From Azolla caroliniana (taxonomy: Eukaryota > Plantae > Polypodiophyta): a DNA stretch of 64,000 nt. Shown here in pieces: positions 15,001-28,130 of this stretch. Both the position numbers and the translations under genes were made by a program. Location: NCBI GenBank assembly GCA_043228905.1, contig JBHGNT010000028.1:341146-405145 (forward strand), in the 5' to 3' direction. Below the pieces are notes generated by a model. The model worked only from the letters and a program-made list of their open reading frames with translations. It ran no database searches and was not told the origin of the DNA. Each line of letters starts with the position of its first letter. Within the stretch, counting starts at the first letter, position 1.

Positions 15001-17700
15001 AATTTACCTACTAGCTCTTCCCAACTCCCTCCTCATGTTGCTAATTTCGTGATGTCTCTCGACCTGAGTTTCAAAATCTTGATTTTGTTAATTCCATATC
15101 ATAGCTAGCGTTGTTAGCTTCGATTGGCATGTTTGAACACAAACATCCGATATCACACGAGCCAGGTATGATCATTTTAATTTACTCAAGGGCTCTTCTC
15201 AACTCCCTCGTCAAGGTTGCTAATTTCGTCATGTCTCTCGACCTGAGTTTCAAAATCTTGATTTTTTAATTCCATATCATATCTAGCGTTGTTAGCTTCG
15301 ATTCGCATGTTTGAACACAAAAAACCGATATCACACTCACCAGATATGAACATTTTAATTTACCTACTAGCTCTTCCCAACTCACTCCTCATGTTGCTAA
15401 TTTCGTCATGTCTCTCGACCTGAGTTTCAAAATCTTGATTTTTTAATTCCATATCATAGCTACCGTTGTTAGCTTCCATTCGCATCTTTGAACACAAAAA
15501 ACCGATATCACACTCACCAGATATGAACATTTTAATTTACCTACTAGCTCTTCCCAACTCACTCCTCATGTTGCTAATTTCGTCATGTCTCTCGACCTGA
15601 GTTTCAAAATCTTGATTTTTTAATTCCATATCATAGCTAGCGTTGTAAGCTTCGATTCACATGTTTGAACACAAAAATCCGATATCACACTAGCCAGGTA
15701 TGAACATTTTAATTTACCTACTAGATCTTCCCAACTCCCTCCTCATGTTGCTAATTTCGTGATGTCTCTCGACCTGAGTTTCAAAATCTTGATTTTGTTA
15801 ATTCCATATCATAGCTAGCGTTGTAAGCTTGGATTCACATGTTTGAACACAAAAATCCGATATCACACTCGCCAGTTATGAACATTTTAATTTACCTACT
15901 AGCTCTTCCCAACTCCCTCCTCATGTTGCTAATTTCGTGATGTCTCTCGACCTGAGTTTCAAAATCTTAATTTTTTAATTCCATATCGTAGCTAGCGTTG
16001 TTAGCTTCGATTCACATGTTTGAACACAAAAATCCGATATCACACGAGCCAGGTATGAACATTTTAATTTACTCAAGGGCTCCTCTCAACTCCCTGCTCA
16101 TGTTTGCTAATTTCGTCATGTCTCTCGACGTGAGTTTCAAAATCTTGATTTTTTAATTCCATATCATAGCTAGCGTTGTTAGCTTCGATTCGCATGTTTG
16201 AACACAAAAATCCGATATCACACTCGCCAGATATGAACATTTTAATTTACCTAGCAGCTCTTCCCAACTCACTCCTCAAATTTGCTAATTTCGTCATGTC
16301 TCTCGACCTGCGTTTCAAAATCTTCATTTTTTAATTCCATATCATAGCTACCGTTGTGAGCTTCCATTCGCATGTTTGAACACAAAAAACCGATATCACA
16401 CTCACCAGATATGAACATTTTAATTTACCTACTAGCTCTTCCCAACTCCCTCCTCATGTTGCTAATTTCGTGATGTCTCTCGACCTGAGTTTCAAAATCT
16501 TGATTTTGTTAATTCCATATCATAGCTAGCGTTGTTAGCTTCAATTCACATGTTTGAACACAAAAATCCGATATCACACTCGCCAGATATGAACATTTTA
16601 ATTTACCTACTAGCTCTTCCCAACTACCTGCTCATGTTGCTAATTTCGTCATGTCTCTCGACCTGAGTTTCAAAATCTTGATTTTTTAATTCCATATCGT
16701 AGCTAGCGTTGTTAGCTTCAATTCGCATGTTTGAACACAAAAATCCGATATCACACTCGCCAGATATGAACATTTTAATTTACCTACTAGCTCTTCCCAA
16801 CTCCCTCCTCATGTTGCTAATTTCGTGATGTCTCTCGACCTGAGTTTCAAAATCTTGATTTTGTTAATTCCATATCATAGCTAGCGTTGTTAGCTTCGAT
16901 TGGCATGTTTGAACACAAACATCCGATATCACACGAGCCAGGTATGATCATTTTAATTTACTCAAGGGCTCTTCTCAACTCCCTCGTCAAGGTTGCTAAT
17001 TTCGTCATGTCTCTCGACCTGAGTTTCAAAATCTTGATTTTTTAATTCCATATCATATCTAGCGTTGTTAGCTTCGATTCGCATGTTTGAACACAAAAAA
17101 CCGATATCACACTCACCAGATATGAACATTTTAATTTACCTACTAGCTCTTCCCAACTCACTCCTCATGTTGCTAATTTCGTCATGTCTCTCGACCTGAG
17201 TTTCAAAATCTTGATTTTTTAATTCCATATCATAGCTACCGTTGTTAGCTTCCATTCGCATCTTTGAACACAAAAAACCGATATCACACTCACCAGATAT
17301 GAACATTTTAATTTACCTACTAGCTCTTCCCAACTCACTCCTCATGTTGCTAATTTCGTCATGTCTCTCGACCTGAGTTTCAAAATCTTGATTTTTTAAT
17401 TCCATATCATAGCTAGCGTTGTAAGCTTCGATTCACATGTTTGAACACAAAAATCCGATATCACACTCGCCAGGTATGAACATTTTAATTTACCTACTAG
17501 ATCTTCCCAACTCCCTCCTCATGTTGCTAATTTCGTGATGTCTCTCGACCTGAGTTTCAAAATCTTGATTTTGTTAATTCCATATCATAGCTAGCGTTGT
17601 AAGCTTGGATTCACATGTTTGAACACAAAAATCCGATATCACACTCGCCAGTTATGAACATTTTAATTTACCTACTAGCTCTTCCCAACTCCCTCCTCAT
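1..17700. repeat. Higher-order repeat zone: 10-mer (1776 bp) with 11-mer (1953 bp) and 12-mer (2130 bp) variants, interrupted by a non-HOR stretch at about 4800-7980
   Basis: The marker monomer (CAAACATCC variant C) lies at 228, 2181, 3957, 6621, 9108, 11061, 13191, 15144 and 16920. Spacings are 1953, 1776, (2664, 2487), 1953, 2130, 1953 and 1776. Confidence 0.85.
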
Positions 17701-20700
17701 GTTGCTAATTTCGTGATGTCTCTCGACCTGAGTTTCAAAATCTTGATTTTGTTAATTCCATATCATAGCTAGCGTTGTTAGCTTCGATTCACATGTTTGA
17801 ACACAAAAATCCGATATCACACTCGCCAGATATGAACATTTTAATTTACCTACTAGCTCTTCCCAACTACCTGCTCATGTTGCTAATTTCGTCATGTCTC
17901 TCGACCTGAGTTTCAAAATCTTGATTTTTTAATTCCATATCATAGCTAGCGTTGTTAGCTTCGATTCGCATGTTTGAACACAAAAATCCGATATCACACT
18001 CGCCAGATATAAACATTTTAATTTACCTACTAGCTCTTCCCAACTCACTCCTCATGTTGCTAATTTCGTCATGTCTCTGGACCTGAGTTTCAAAATCTTG
18101 ATTTTTTAATTCCATATCATAGCTAGCGTTGTAAGCTTCGATTCACATGTTTGAACACAAAAATCCGATATGACACTCGCCAGTTATGAACATTTTAATT
18201 TACCTAGTAGCTCTTCCCAACTCCCTCCTCATGTTGCTAATTTCGTCATGTCTCTCGACCTGAGTTTCAAAATCTTTATTTTTTAATTCCATATCATAGC
18301 TAGCGTTGTAAGCTTCGATTCACATGTTTGAACACAAAAATCCGATATGACACTCGCCAGTTATGAACATTTTAATTTACCTAGTAGCTCTTCCCAACTC
18401 CCTCCTCATGTTGCTAATTTCGTCATGTCTCTCGACCTGAGTTTCAAAATCTTGATTTTGTTAATTCCATATCATAGCTAGCGTTGTTAGCTTCGATTGG
18501 CATGTTTGAACACAAAAATCCGATATCACACGTGCCAGGTATGATCATTTTAATTTACTCAAGGGCTCTTCTCAACTCCCTCGTCAAGGTTGCTAAATTC
18601 GTCATGTCTCTCGACCTGAGTTTCAAAATCTTGATTTTTTCATTCCATATCATAGCTAGCGTTGTTAGCTTCGATTCGCATGTTTGAACACAAAAAACCG
18701 ATATCACACTCACCAGATATGAACATTTTAATTTACCTAGCAGCTCTTCCCAACTCACTCCTCAAATTTGGGAATTTCGTCATATCTCTCGACCTGAGTT
18801 TCAAAATCTTGATTTTTTAATTCCATATCATAGCTAGCGTTGTTAGCTTCGATTCGCATGTTTGAACACAAAAATCCGATATCACACTCGCCAGATATGA
18901 ACATTTTAATTTACCTAGACTCTCTTCCCAACTCACTCCTCAAATTTGCTAATTTCGTCATGTCTCTCGACCTGCGTTTCAAAATCTTCATTTTTTAATT
19001 CCATATCATAGCTACCGTTGTGAGCTTCCATTCGCATGTTTGAACACAAAAAACCGATATCACACTCACCAGATATGAACATTTTAATTTACCTACTAGC
19101 TCTTCCCAACTCCCTCCTCATGTTGCTAATTTCGTGATGTCTCTCGACCTGAGTTTCAAAATCTTGATTTTGTTAATTCCATATCATAGCTAGCGTTGTT
19201 AGCTTCAATTCACATGTTTGAACACAAAAATCCGATATCACACTCGCCAGATATGAACATTTTAATTTACCTACTAGCTCTTCCCAACTACCTGCTCATG
19301 TTGCTAATTTCGTCATGTCTCTCGACCTGAGTTTCAAAATCTTGATTTTTTAATTCCATATCGTAGCTAGCGTTGTTAGCTTCAATTCGCATGTTTGAAC
19401 ACAAAAATCCGATATCACACTCGCCAGATATGAACATTTTAATTTACCTACTAGCTCTTCCCAACTCCCTCCTCATGTTGCTAATTTCCTGATGTCTCTC
19501 GACCTGAGTTTCAAAATCTTGATTTTGTTAATTCCATATCATAGCTAGCGTTGTTAGCTTCGATTGGCATGTTTGAACACAAACATCCGATATCACACGA
19601 GCCAGGTATGATCATTTTAATTTACTCAAGGGCTCTTCTCAACTCCCTCGTCAAGGTTGCTAATTTCGTCATGTCTCTCGACCTGAGTTTCAAAATCTTG
19701 ATTTTTTCATTCCATATCATAGCTAGCGTTGTTAGCTTCGATTCGCATGTTTGAACACAAAAAACCGATATCACACTCACCAGATATGAACATTTTAATT
19801 TACCTACTAGCTCTTCCCAACTCACTCCTCATGTTGCTAATTTCGTCATGTCTCTCGACCTGAGTTTCAAAATCTTGTTTTTTTAATTCCATATCATAGC
19901 TAGCGTTGTAAGCTTCGATTCACATGTTTGAACACAAAAATCCGATATCACACTCGCCAGTTATGAACATTTTAATTTACCTACTAGCTCTTTCCAACTC
20001 CCTCCTCATGTTGCTAATTTCGTGATGTCTCTCGACCTGAGTTTCAAAATCTTGATTTTTTCATTCCATATCATAGCTAGCGTTGTTAGCTTCGATTCGC
20101 ATGTTTGAACACAAAAAACCCATATCACACTCACCAGATATGAACATTTTAATTTACCTAGCAGCTCTTCCCAACTCACTCCTCAAATTTGCTAATTTCG
20201 TCATGTCTCTCGACCTGCGTTTCAAAATCTTCGTTTTTTAATTCCATATCATAGCTACTGTTGTGAGCTTCCATTCGCATGTTTGAACACAAAAACCGAT
20301 ATCACACTCACCAGATATGAACATTTTAATTTACCTACTAGCTCTTCCCAACTCCCTCCTCATGTTGCTAATTTCGTGATGTCTCTCGACCTGAGTTTCA
20401 AAATCTTGATTTTGTTAATTCCATATCATAGCTAGCGTTGTTAGCTTCAATTCACATGTTTGAACACAAAAATCCGATATCACACTCGCCAGATATGAAC
20501 ATTTTAATTTACCTACTAGCTCTTCCCAACTACCTGCTCATGTTGCTAATTTCGTCATGTCTCTCGACGTGAGTTTCAAAATCTTGATTTTTTAATTCCA
20601 TATCGTAGCTAGCGTTGTTAGCTTCAATTCGCATGTTTGAACACAAAAATCCGATATCACACTCGCCAGATATGAACATTTTAATTTACCTACTAGCTCT

Positions 20701-20947
20701 TCCCAACTCCCTCCTCATGTTGCTAATTTCGTGATGTCTCTCGACCTGAGTTTCAAAATCTTGATTTTGTTAATTTCATATCATAGCTAGCGTTGTTAGC
20801 TTCGATTGGCATGTTTGAACACAAAAATCCGATATCACACGAGCCAGGTATGATCATTTTAATTTACTCAAGGGCTCTTCTCAACTCCCTCGTCAAGGTT
20901 GCTAATTTCGTCATGTCTCTCGACCTGAGTTTCAAAATCTTGATTTT
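7985..20947. repeat. 12,963 bp (73-monomer) block duplication unit; 12964-20947 matches 1-7984
   Basis: Constant offset of 12963 for markers 228/13191, 2181/15144, 3957/16920 and 6621/19584, and for ORF-track pairs 5521/18484 and 6588/19551. Both copies share the private variants CTCTTTCCAA, AAACCCATATC, a 1-bp A deletion and TAATTTCATA. Confidence 0.85.
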
Positions 20948-23339
20948 TTCATTCCATATCATAGCTAGCGTTGTTAGCTTCGATTCGCATGTTTGAACAC
21001 AAAAAACCGATATCACACTCACCAGATATGAACATTTTAATTTACCTACTAGCTCTTCCCAACTCACTCCTCATGTTGCTAATTTCGTCATGTCTCTCGA
21101 CCTGAGTTTCAAAATCTTGTTTTTTTAATTCCATATCATAGCTAGCGTTGTAAGCTTCGATTCACATGTTTGAACACAAAAATCCGATATCACACTCGCC
21201 AGTTATGAACATTTTAATTTACCTACTAGCTCTTCCCAACTCCCTCCTCATGTTGCTAATTTCGTGATGTCTCTCGACCTGAGTTTCAAAATCTTGATTT
21301 TTTAATTCCATATCATAGCTAGCGTTGTTAGCTTCGATTCGCATGTTTGAACACAAAAATCCGATATCACACTCACCAGATATGAACATTTTAATTTACC
21401 TACTAGCTCTTCCCAACTCACTCCTCATGTTGCTAATTTCGTCATGTCTCTCGACCTGAGTTTCAAAATCTTGATTTTTTCATTCCATATCATAGGTAGC
21501 GTTGTTAGCTTCGATTCGCATGTTTGAACACAAAAAACCGATATCACACTCACCAGATATGAACATTTTAATTTACCTACTAGCTCTTCCCAACTCACTC
21601 CTCATGTTGCTAATTTCGTCATGTCTCTCGACCTGAGTTTCAAAATCTTGTTTTTTTAATTCCATATCATAGCTAGCGTTGTAAGCTTCGATTCACATGT
21701 TTGAACACAAAAATCCGATATCACACTCGCTAGTTATGAACATTTTAATTTACCTACTAGCTCTTCCCAACTCCCTCCTCATGTTGCTAATTTCGTGATG
21801 TCTCTCGACCTGAGTTTCAAAATCTTGATTTTGTTAATTCCATATCATAGCTAGCGTTGTTAGCTTCGATTCACATGTTTGAACACAAAAATCCGATATC
21901 ACACTCGCCAGATATGAACATTTTAATTTACCTACTAGCTCTTCCCAACTACCTGCTCATGTTGCTAATTTCGTCATGTCTCTCGACCTGAGTTTCAAAA
22001 TCTTGATTTTTTAATTCCATATCATAGCTAGCGTTGTTAGCTTCGATTCGCATGTTTGAACACAAAAATCCGATATGACACTCGCCAGATATGAACATTT
22101 TAATTTACCTACTAGCTCTTCCCAACTCACTCCTCATGTTGCTAATTTCGTCATGTCTCTCGACCTGAGTTTCAAAATCTTGATTTTTTAATTCCATATC
22201 ATAGCTAGCGTTGTAAGCTTCGATTCACATGTTTGAACACAAAAATCCGATATGACACTCGCCAGTTATGAACATTTTAATTTACCTAGTAGCTCTTCCC
22301 AACTCCCTCCTCATGTTGCTAATTTCGTCATGTCTCTCGACCTGAGTTTCAAAATCTTTATTTTTTAATTCCATATCATAGCTAGCGTTGTAAGCTTCGA
22401 TTCGCATGTTTGAACACAAAAATCCGATATCACACTCGCCAGTTATGAACATTTTAATTTACCTACTAGCTCTTCCCAACTCCCTCCTCATGTTGCTAAT
22501 TTCGTCATGTCTCTCGACCTGAGTTTCAAAATCTTGATTTTGTTAATTCCATATCATAGCTAGCGTTGTTAGCTTCGATTGGCATGTTTGAACACAAAAA
22601 TCCGATATCACACGTGCCAGGTATGATCATTTTAATTTACTCAAGGGCTCTTCTCAACTCCCTCGTCAAGGTTGCTAATTTCGTCATGTCTCTCGACCTG
22701 AGTTTCAAAATCTTGATTTTTTCATTCCATATCATAGCTAGCGTTGTTAGCTTCGATTCGCATGTTTGAACACAAAAAACCGATATCACACTCACCAGAT
22801 ATGAACGTTTTAATTTACCTAGCAGCTCTTCCCAACTCACTCCTCAAATTTGGGAATTTCGTCATATCTCTCGACCTGAGTTTCAAAATCTTGATTTTTT
22901 AATTCCATATCATAGCTAGCGTTGTGAGCTTCGATTCGCATGTTTGAACACAAAAATCCGATATCACACTCGCCAGATATGAACATTTTAATTTACCTAG
23001 CAGCTCTTCCCAACTCACTCCTCAAATTTGCTAATTTCGTCATGTCTCTCGACCTGCGTTTCAAAATCTTCATTTTTTAATTCCATATCATAGCTACCGT
23101 TGTGAGCTTCCATTCGCATGTTTGAACACAAAAAACCGATATCACACTCACCAGATATGAACATTTTAATTTACCTACTAGCTCTTCCCAACTCCCTCCT
23201 CATGTTGCTAATTTCGTCATGTCTCTCGACCTGAGTTTCAAAATCTTGATTTTGTTAATTCCATATCATAGCTAGCGTTGTTAGCTTCAATTCACATGTT
23301 TGAACACAAAAATCCGATATCACACGTGCCAGGTATGAT

Positions 23340-26300
23340 CATTTTAATTTACTCAAGGGCTCTTCTCAACTCCCTCGTCAAGGTTGCTAATTTCGTCATG
23401 TCTCTCGACCTGAGTTTCAAAATCTTGATTTTTTCATTCCATATCATAGCTAGCGTTGTTAGCTTCGATTCGCATGTTTGAACACAAAAAACCGATATCA
23501 CACTCACCAGATATGAACGTTTTAATTTACCTAGCAGCTCTTCCCAACTCACTCCTCAAATTTGGGAATTTCGTCATATCTCTCGACCTGAGTTTCAAAA
23601 TCTTGATTTTTTAATTCCATATCATAGCTAGCGTTGTGAGCTTCGATTCGCATGTTTGAACACAAAAATCCGATATCACACTCGCCAGATATGAACATTT
23701 TAATTTACCTAGCAGCTCTTCCCAACTCACTCCTCAAATTTGCTAATTTCGTCATGTCTCTCGACCTGCGTTTCAAAATCATCATTTTTTAATTCCATAT
23801 CATAGCTACCGTTGTGAGCTTCCATTCGCATGTTTGAACACAAAAAACCGATATCACACTCACCAGATATGAACATTTTAATTTACCTACTAGCTCTTCC
23901 CAACTCCCTCCTCATGTTGCTAATTTCGTCATGTCTCTCGACCTGAGTTTCAAAATCTTGATTTTGTTAATTCCATATCATAGCTAGCGTTGTTAGCTTC
24001 AATTCACATGTTTGAACACAAAAATCCGATATCACACTCGCCAGATATGAACATTTTAATTTACCTACTAGCTCTTCCCAACTACCTGCTCATGTTGCTA
24101 ATTTCGTCATGTCTCTCGACCTGAGTTTCAAAATCTTGATTTTTTAATTCCATATCGTAGCTAGCGTTGTTAGCTTCAATTCGCATGTTTGAACACAAAA
24201 ATCCGATATCACACTCGCCAGATATGAACATTTTAATTTACCTACTAGCTCTTCCCAACTCCCTCCTCATGTTGCTAATTTCGTGATGTCTCTCGACCTG
24301 AGTTTCAAAATCTTGATTTTGTTAATTCCATATCATAGCTAGCGTTGTTAGCTTCGATTCGCATGTTTGAACACAAAAAACCGATATCACACTCACCAGA
24401 TATGAACATTTTAATTTACCTACTAGCTCTTCCCAACTCACTCCTCATGTTGCTAATTTCGTCATGTCTCTCGACCTGAGTTTCAAAATCTTGATTTTGT
24501 TAATTCCATATCATAGCTAGCGTTGTTAGCTTCAATTCACATGTTTGAACACAAAAATCCGATATCACACTCGCCAGATATGAACATTTTAATTTACCTA
24601 CTAGCTCTTCCCAACTACCTGCTCATGTTGCTAATTTCGTCATGTCTCTCGACCTGAGTTTCAAAATCTTGATTTTTTAATTCCATATCGTAGCTAGCGT
24701 TGTTAGCTTCAATTCGCATGTTTGAACACAAAAATCCGATATCACACTCGCCAGATATGAACATTTTAATTTACCTACTAGCTCTTCCCAACTCCCTCCT
24801 CATGTTGCTAATTTCGTGATGTCTCTCGACCTGAGTTTCAAAATCTTGATTTTGTTAATTCCATATCATAGCTAGCGTTGTTAGCTTCGATTCGCATGTT
24901 TGAACACAAAAAACCGATATCACACTCACCAGATATGAACATTTTAATTTACCTACTAGCTCTTCCCAACTCACTCCTCATGTTGCTAATTTCGTCATGT
25001 CTCTCGACCTGAGTTTCAAAATCTTGTTTTTTTAATTCCATATCATAGCTAGCGTTGTGAGCTTCGATTCGCATGTTTGAACACAAAAATCCGATATCAC
25101 ACTCGCCAGATATGAACATTTTAATTTACCTAGCAGCTCTTCCCAACTCACTCCTCAAATTTGCTAATTTCGTCATGTCTCTCGACCTGCGTTTCAAAAT
25201 CTTCATTTTTTAATTCCATATCATAGCTACCGTTGTGAGCTTCCATTCGCATGTTTGAACACAAAAAACCGATATCACACTCACCAGATATGAACATTTT
25301 AATTTACCTACTAGCTCTTCCCAACTACCTGCTCATGTTGCTAATTTCGTCATGTCTCTCGACCTGAGTTTCAAAATCTTGATTTTGTTAATTCCATATC
25401 ATAGCTAGCGTTGTTAGCTTCGATTCACATGTTTGAACACAAAAATCCGATATCACACTCGCCAGATATGAACATTTTAATTTACCTACTAGCTCTTCCC
25501 AACTACCTGCTCATGTTGCTAATTTCGTCATGTCTCTCGACCTGAGTTTCAAAATCTTGATTTTTTAATTCCATATCATAGCTAGCGTTGTTAGCTTCGA
25601 TTCGCATGTTTGAACACAAAAATCCGATATGACACTCGCCAGGTATGATCATTTTAATTTACTCAAGGGCTCTTCTCAACTCCCTCGTCAAGGTTGCTAA
25701 TTTCGTCATGTCTCTCGACCTGAGTTTCAAAATCTTGATTTTTTCATTCCATATCATAGCTAGCGTTGTTAGCTTCGATTCGCATGTTTGAACACAAAAA
25801 ACCGATATCACACTCACCAGATATGAACGTTTTAATTTACCTAGCAGCTCTTCCCAACTCACTCCTCAAATTTGGGAATTTCGTCATATCTCTCGACCTG
25901 AGTTTCAAAATCTTGATTTTTTAATTCCATATCATAGCTAGCGTTGTGAGCTTCGATTCGCATGTTTGAACACAAAAATCCGATATCACACTCGCCAGAT
26001 ATGAACATTTTAATTTACCTAGCAGCTCTTCCCAACTCACTCCTCAAATTTGCTAATTTCGTCATGTCTCTCGACCTGCGTTTCAAAATCATCATTTTTT
26101 AATTCCATATCATAGCTACCGTTGTGAGCTTCCATTCGCATGTTTGAACACAAAAAACCGATATCACACTCACCAGATATGAACATTTTAATTTACCTAC
26201 TAGCTCTTCCCAACTCCCTCCTCATGTTGCTAATTTCGTCATGTCTCTCGACCTGAGTTTCAAAATCTTGATTTTGTTAATTCCATATCATAGCTAGCGT

Positions 26301-28130
26301 TGTTAGCTTCAATTCACATGTTTGAACACAAAAATCCGATATCACACTCGCCAGATATGAACATTTTAATTTACCTACTAGCTCTTCCCAACTACCTGCT
26401 CATGTTGCTAATTTCGTCATGTCTCTCGACCTGAGTTTCAAAATCTTGATTTTTTAATTCCATATCGTAGCTAGCGTTGTTAGCTTCAATTCGCATGTTT
26501 GAACACAAAAATCCGATATCACACTCGCCAGATATGAACATTTTAATTTACCTACTAGCTCTTCCCAACTCCCTCCTCATGTTGCTAATTTCGTGATGTC
26601 TCTCGACCTGAGTTTCAAAATCTTGATTTTGTTAATTCCATATCATAGCTAGCGTTGTTAGCTTCGATTCGCATGTTTGAACACAAAAAACCGATATCAC
26701 ACTCACCAGATATGAACATTTTAATTTACCTACTAGCTCTTCCCAACTCACTCCTCATGTTGCTAATTTCGTCATGTCTCTCGACCTGAGTTTCAAAATC
26801 TTGATTTTGTTAATTCCATATCATAGCTAGCGTTGTTAGCTTCAATTCACATGTTTGAACACAAAAATCCGATATCACACTCGCCAGATATGAACATTTT
26901 AATTTACCTACTAGCTCTTCCCAACTACCTGCTCATGTTGCTAATTTCGTCATGTCTCTCGACCTGAGTTTCAAAATCTTGATTTTTTAATTCCATATCG
27001 TAGCTAGCGTTGTTAGCTTCAATTCGCATGTTTGAACACAAAAATCCGATATCACACTCGCCAGATATGAACATTTTAATTTACCTACTAGCTCTTCCCA
27101 ACTCCCTCCTCATGTTGCTAATTTCGTGATGTCTCTCGACCTGAGTTTCAAAATCTTGATTTTGTTAATTCCATATCATAGCTAGCGTTGTTAGCTTCGA
27201 TTCGCATGTTTGAACACAAAAAACCGATATCACACTCACCAGATATGAACATTTTAATTTACCTACTAGCTCTTCCCAACTCACTCCTCATGTTGCTAAT
27301 TTCGTCATGTCTCTCGACCTGAGTTTCAAAATCTTGTTTTTTTAATTCCATATCATAGCTAGCGTTGTGAGCTTCGATTCGCATGTTTGAACACAAAAAT
27401 CCGATATCACACTCGCCAGATATGAACATTTTAATTTACCTAGCAGCTCTTCCCAACTCACTCCTCAAATTTGCTAATTTCGTCATGTCTCTCGACCTGC
27501 GTTTCAAAATCTTCATTTTTTAATTCCATATCATAGCTACCGTTGTGAGCTTCCATTCGCATGTTTGAACACAAAAAACCGATATCACACTCACCAGATA
27601 TGAACATTTTAATTTACCTACTAGCTCTTCCCAACTACCTGCTCATGTTGCTAATTTCGTCATGTCTCTCGACCTGAGTTTCAAAATCTTGATTTTGTTA
27701 ATTCCATATCATAGCTAGCGTTGTTAGCTTCGATTCACATGTTTGAACACAAAAATCCGATATCACACTCGCCAGATATGAACATTTTAATTTACCTACT
27801 AGCTCTTCCCAACTACCTGCTCATGTTGCTAATTTCGTCATGTCTCTCGACCTGAGTTTCAAAATCTTGATTTTTTAATTCCATATCATAGCTAGCGTTG
27901 TTAGCTTCGATTCGCATGTTTGAACACAAAAATCCGATATGACACTCGCCAGGTATGATCATTTTAATTTACTCAAGGGCTCTTCTCAACTCCCTCGTCA
28001 AGGTTGCTAATTTCGTCATGTCTCTCGACCTGAGTTTCAAAATCTTGATTTTTTCATTCCATATCATAGCTAGCGTTGTTAGCTTCGATTCGCATGTTTG
28101 AACACAAAAAACCGATATCACACTCACCAG
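23340..28130. repeat. Tandem duplication of a 13-monomer unit (2310 bp)
   Basis: ORF-track repeats at 23349/25659/27969 (offset 2310). Private marker AAAATCATCA at 23776 and 26086. Boundaries are approximate. Confidence 0.8.
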
